A stretch of DNA of 63,799 bases, the filler included, from Reclinomonas americana ATCC 50394 (lineage: Eukaryota), in NCBI GenBank assembly GCA_048213135.1. It is 6 parts of 4 records of this genome, joined end to end, with 100 filler letters (N's around TTAATTAATTAA, not from the genome) between each part and the next. Parts side by side here need not be neighbours in the genome. Positions count along the whole stretch, not along the records: positions 61,598 to 63,799 come from PS015147.1; 5 more parts are not named here. One strand, written 5' to 3'. Shown here in pieces: positions 63,425 to 63,799 of this stretch. The position numbers were made by a program, and so were the translations under genes. Numbering within the stretch: position 1 is the stretch's first letter; every line of letters starts with the position of its first letter. The notes below the pieces were generated by a model, which saw only the letters and a program-made list of their open reading frames with translations, did no database searches and was not told where the DNA came from.

Positions 63425-63799
63425 AAGGGAGAGAGTTTCTTTCTTTCATTCATTCAGAGAGAGTTTCTTTCTTTCAGCAAGAGAGGGAGTTCCTTTCCTT
63501 TCTTTCATTAAGAGAGAGAGGGGTTCCTTTCTTTCATTCTGTCATCAAGAGTTTTTTCTTTCTTTTCTTTCATCAAGAGAGAGAGACTTTCCTTTCTTTC
63601 TTTCTTTCTTTCATCAAGGGAGAGAGACTTTCCTTTCTTTCTTTCATCGAGAGAGGGAGTTTCTTTTTTCATTGAGAGAGAGAGAGAGTTCCTTTCTTTC
63701 GTAGAGAGAGTTTCTTTCTTTTCTTGCATTGAGAGATAGAGTTTCTTTCTTTTCTTTCTTTCATCAAGCGTGAGTTTCTTTCATTCCTCTTCTCTGAAT
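63425..63799. repeat. Low-complexity (TTTC)n/(GA)n mosaic repeat
   Basis: Alternating GAGAGAG and TTTCTTTC tracts to the window end. Confidence 0.8.

Noticed and set aside
61550-63729. ORFs in the terminal AT-rich block
   Set aside because: Low-complexity translations of repeats with frame changes between copies; no domain signal.

Overview
Draft-assembly window from a compact, GC-rich, intron-dense unicellular eukaryote (organism not identifiable from sequence alone). Introns are mostly ~55-90 nt GT-AG with CTRAC/CTCAC-like branch points, so the six-frame ORF track is fragmented; genes were reconstructed by manual splicing, and family assignments come from recalled motifs, not database searches. 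Genes: a giant HERC2-like HECT E3 ligase (Zn finger, 2 CPH domains, tandem Mind-bomb SH3/REP repeats, HECT), two low-complexity proteins, a class I cyclic-nucleotide phosphodiesterase, a 7TM-like membrane protein, two uncharacterised coiled-coil proteins, a protein disulfide isomerase, a RADX homologue, a lipid-anchored DH-PH RhoGEF, a STRA6-family membrane protein, DUS3, a secreted NHL + bacterial-type cadherin protein, HMCES/SRAP, a sterol C4-methyl oxidase and TRM10, followed by an AT-rich satellite block. The most striking signal is in the splicing code: about 30 introns use a one-nucleotide-shifted donor (GTTGCG/GTTGAG/GTTACG), almost always when the exon ends in A/C/T, whereas G-ending exons use unshifted GTGCG/GTGAG/GTAWGT-type donors. 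This suggests routine two-register 5' splice-site recognition. TTAATTAATTAA inside N-runs is an assembly spacer.
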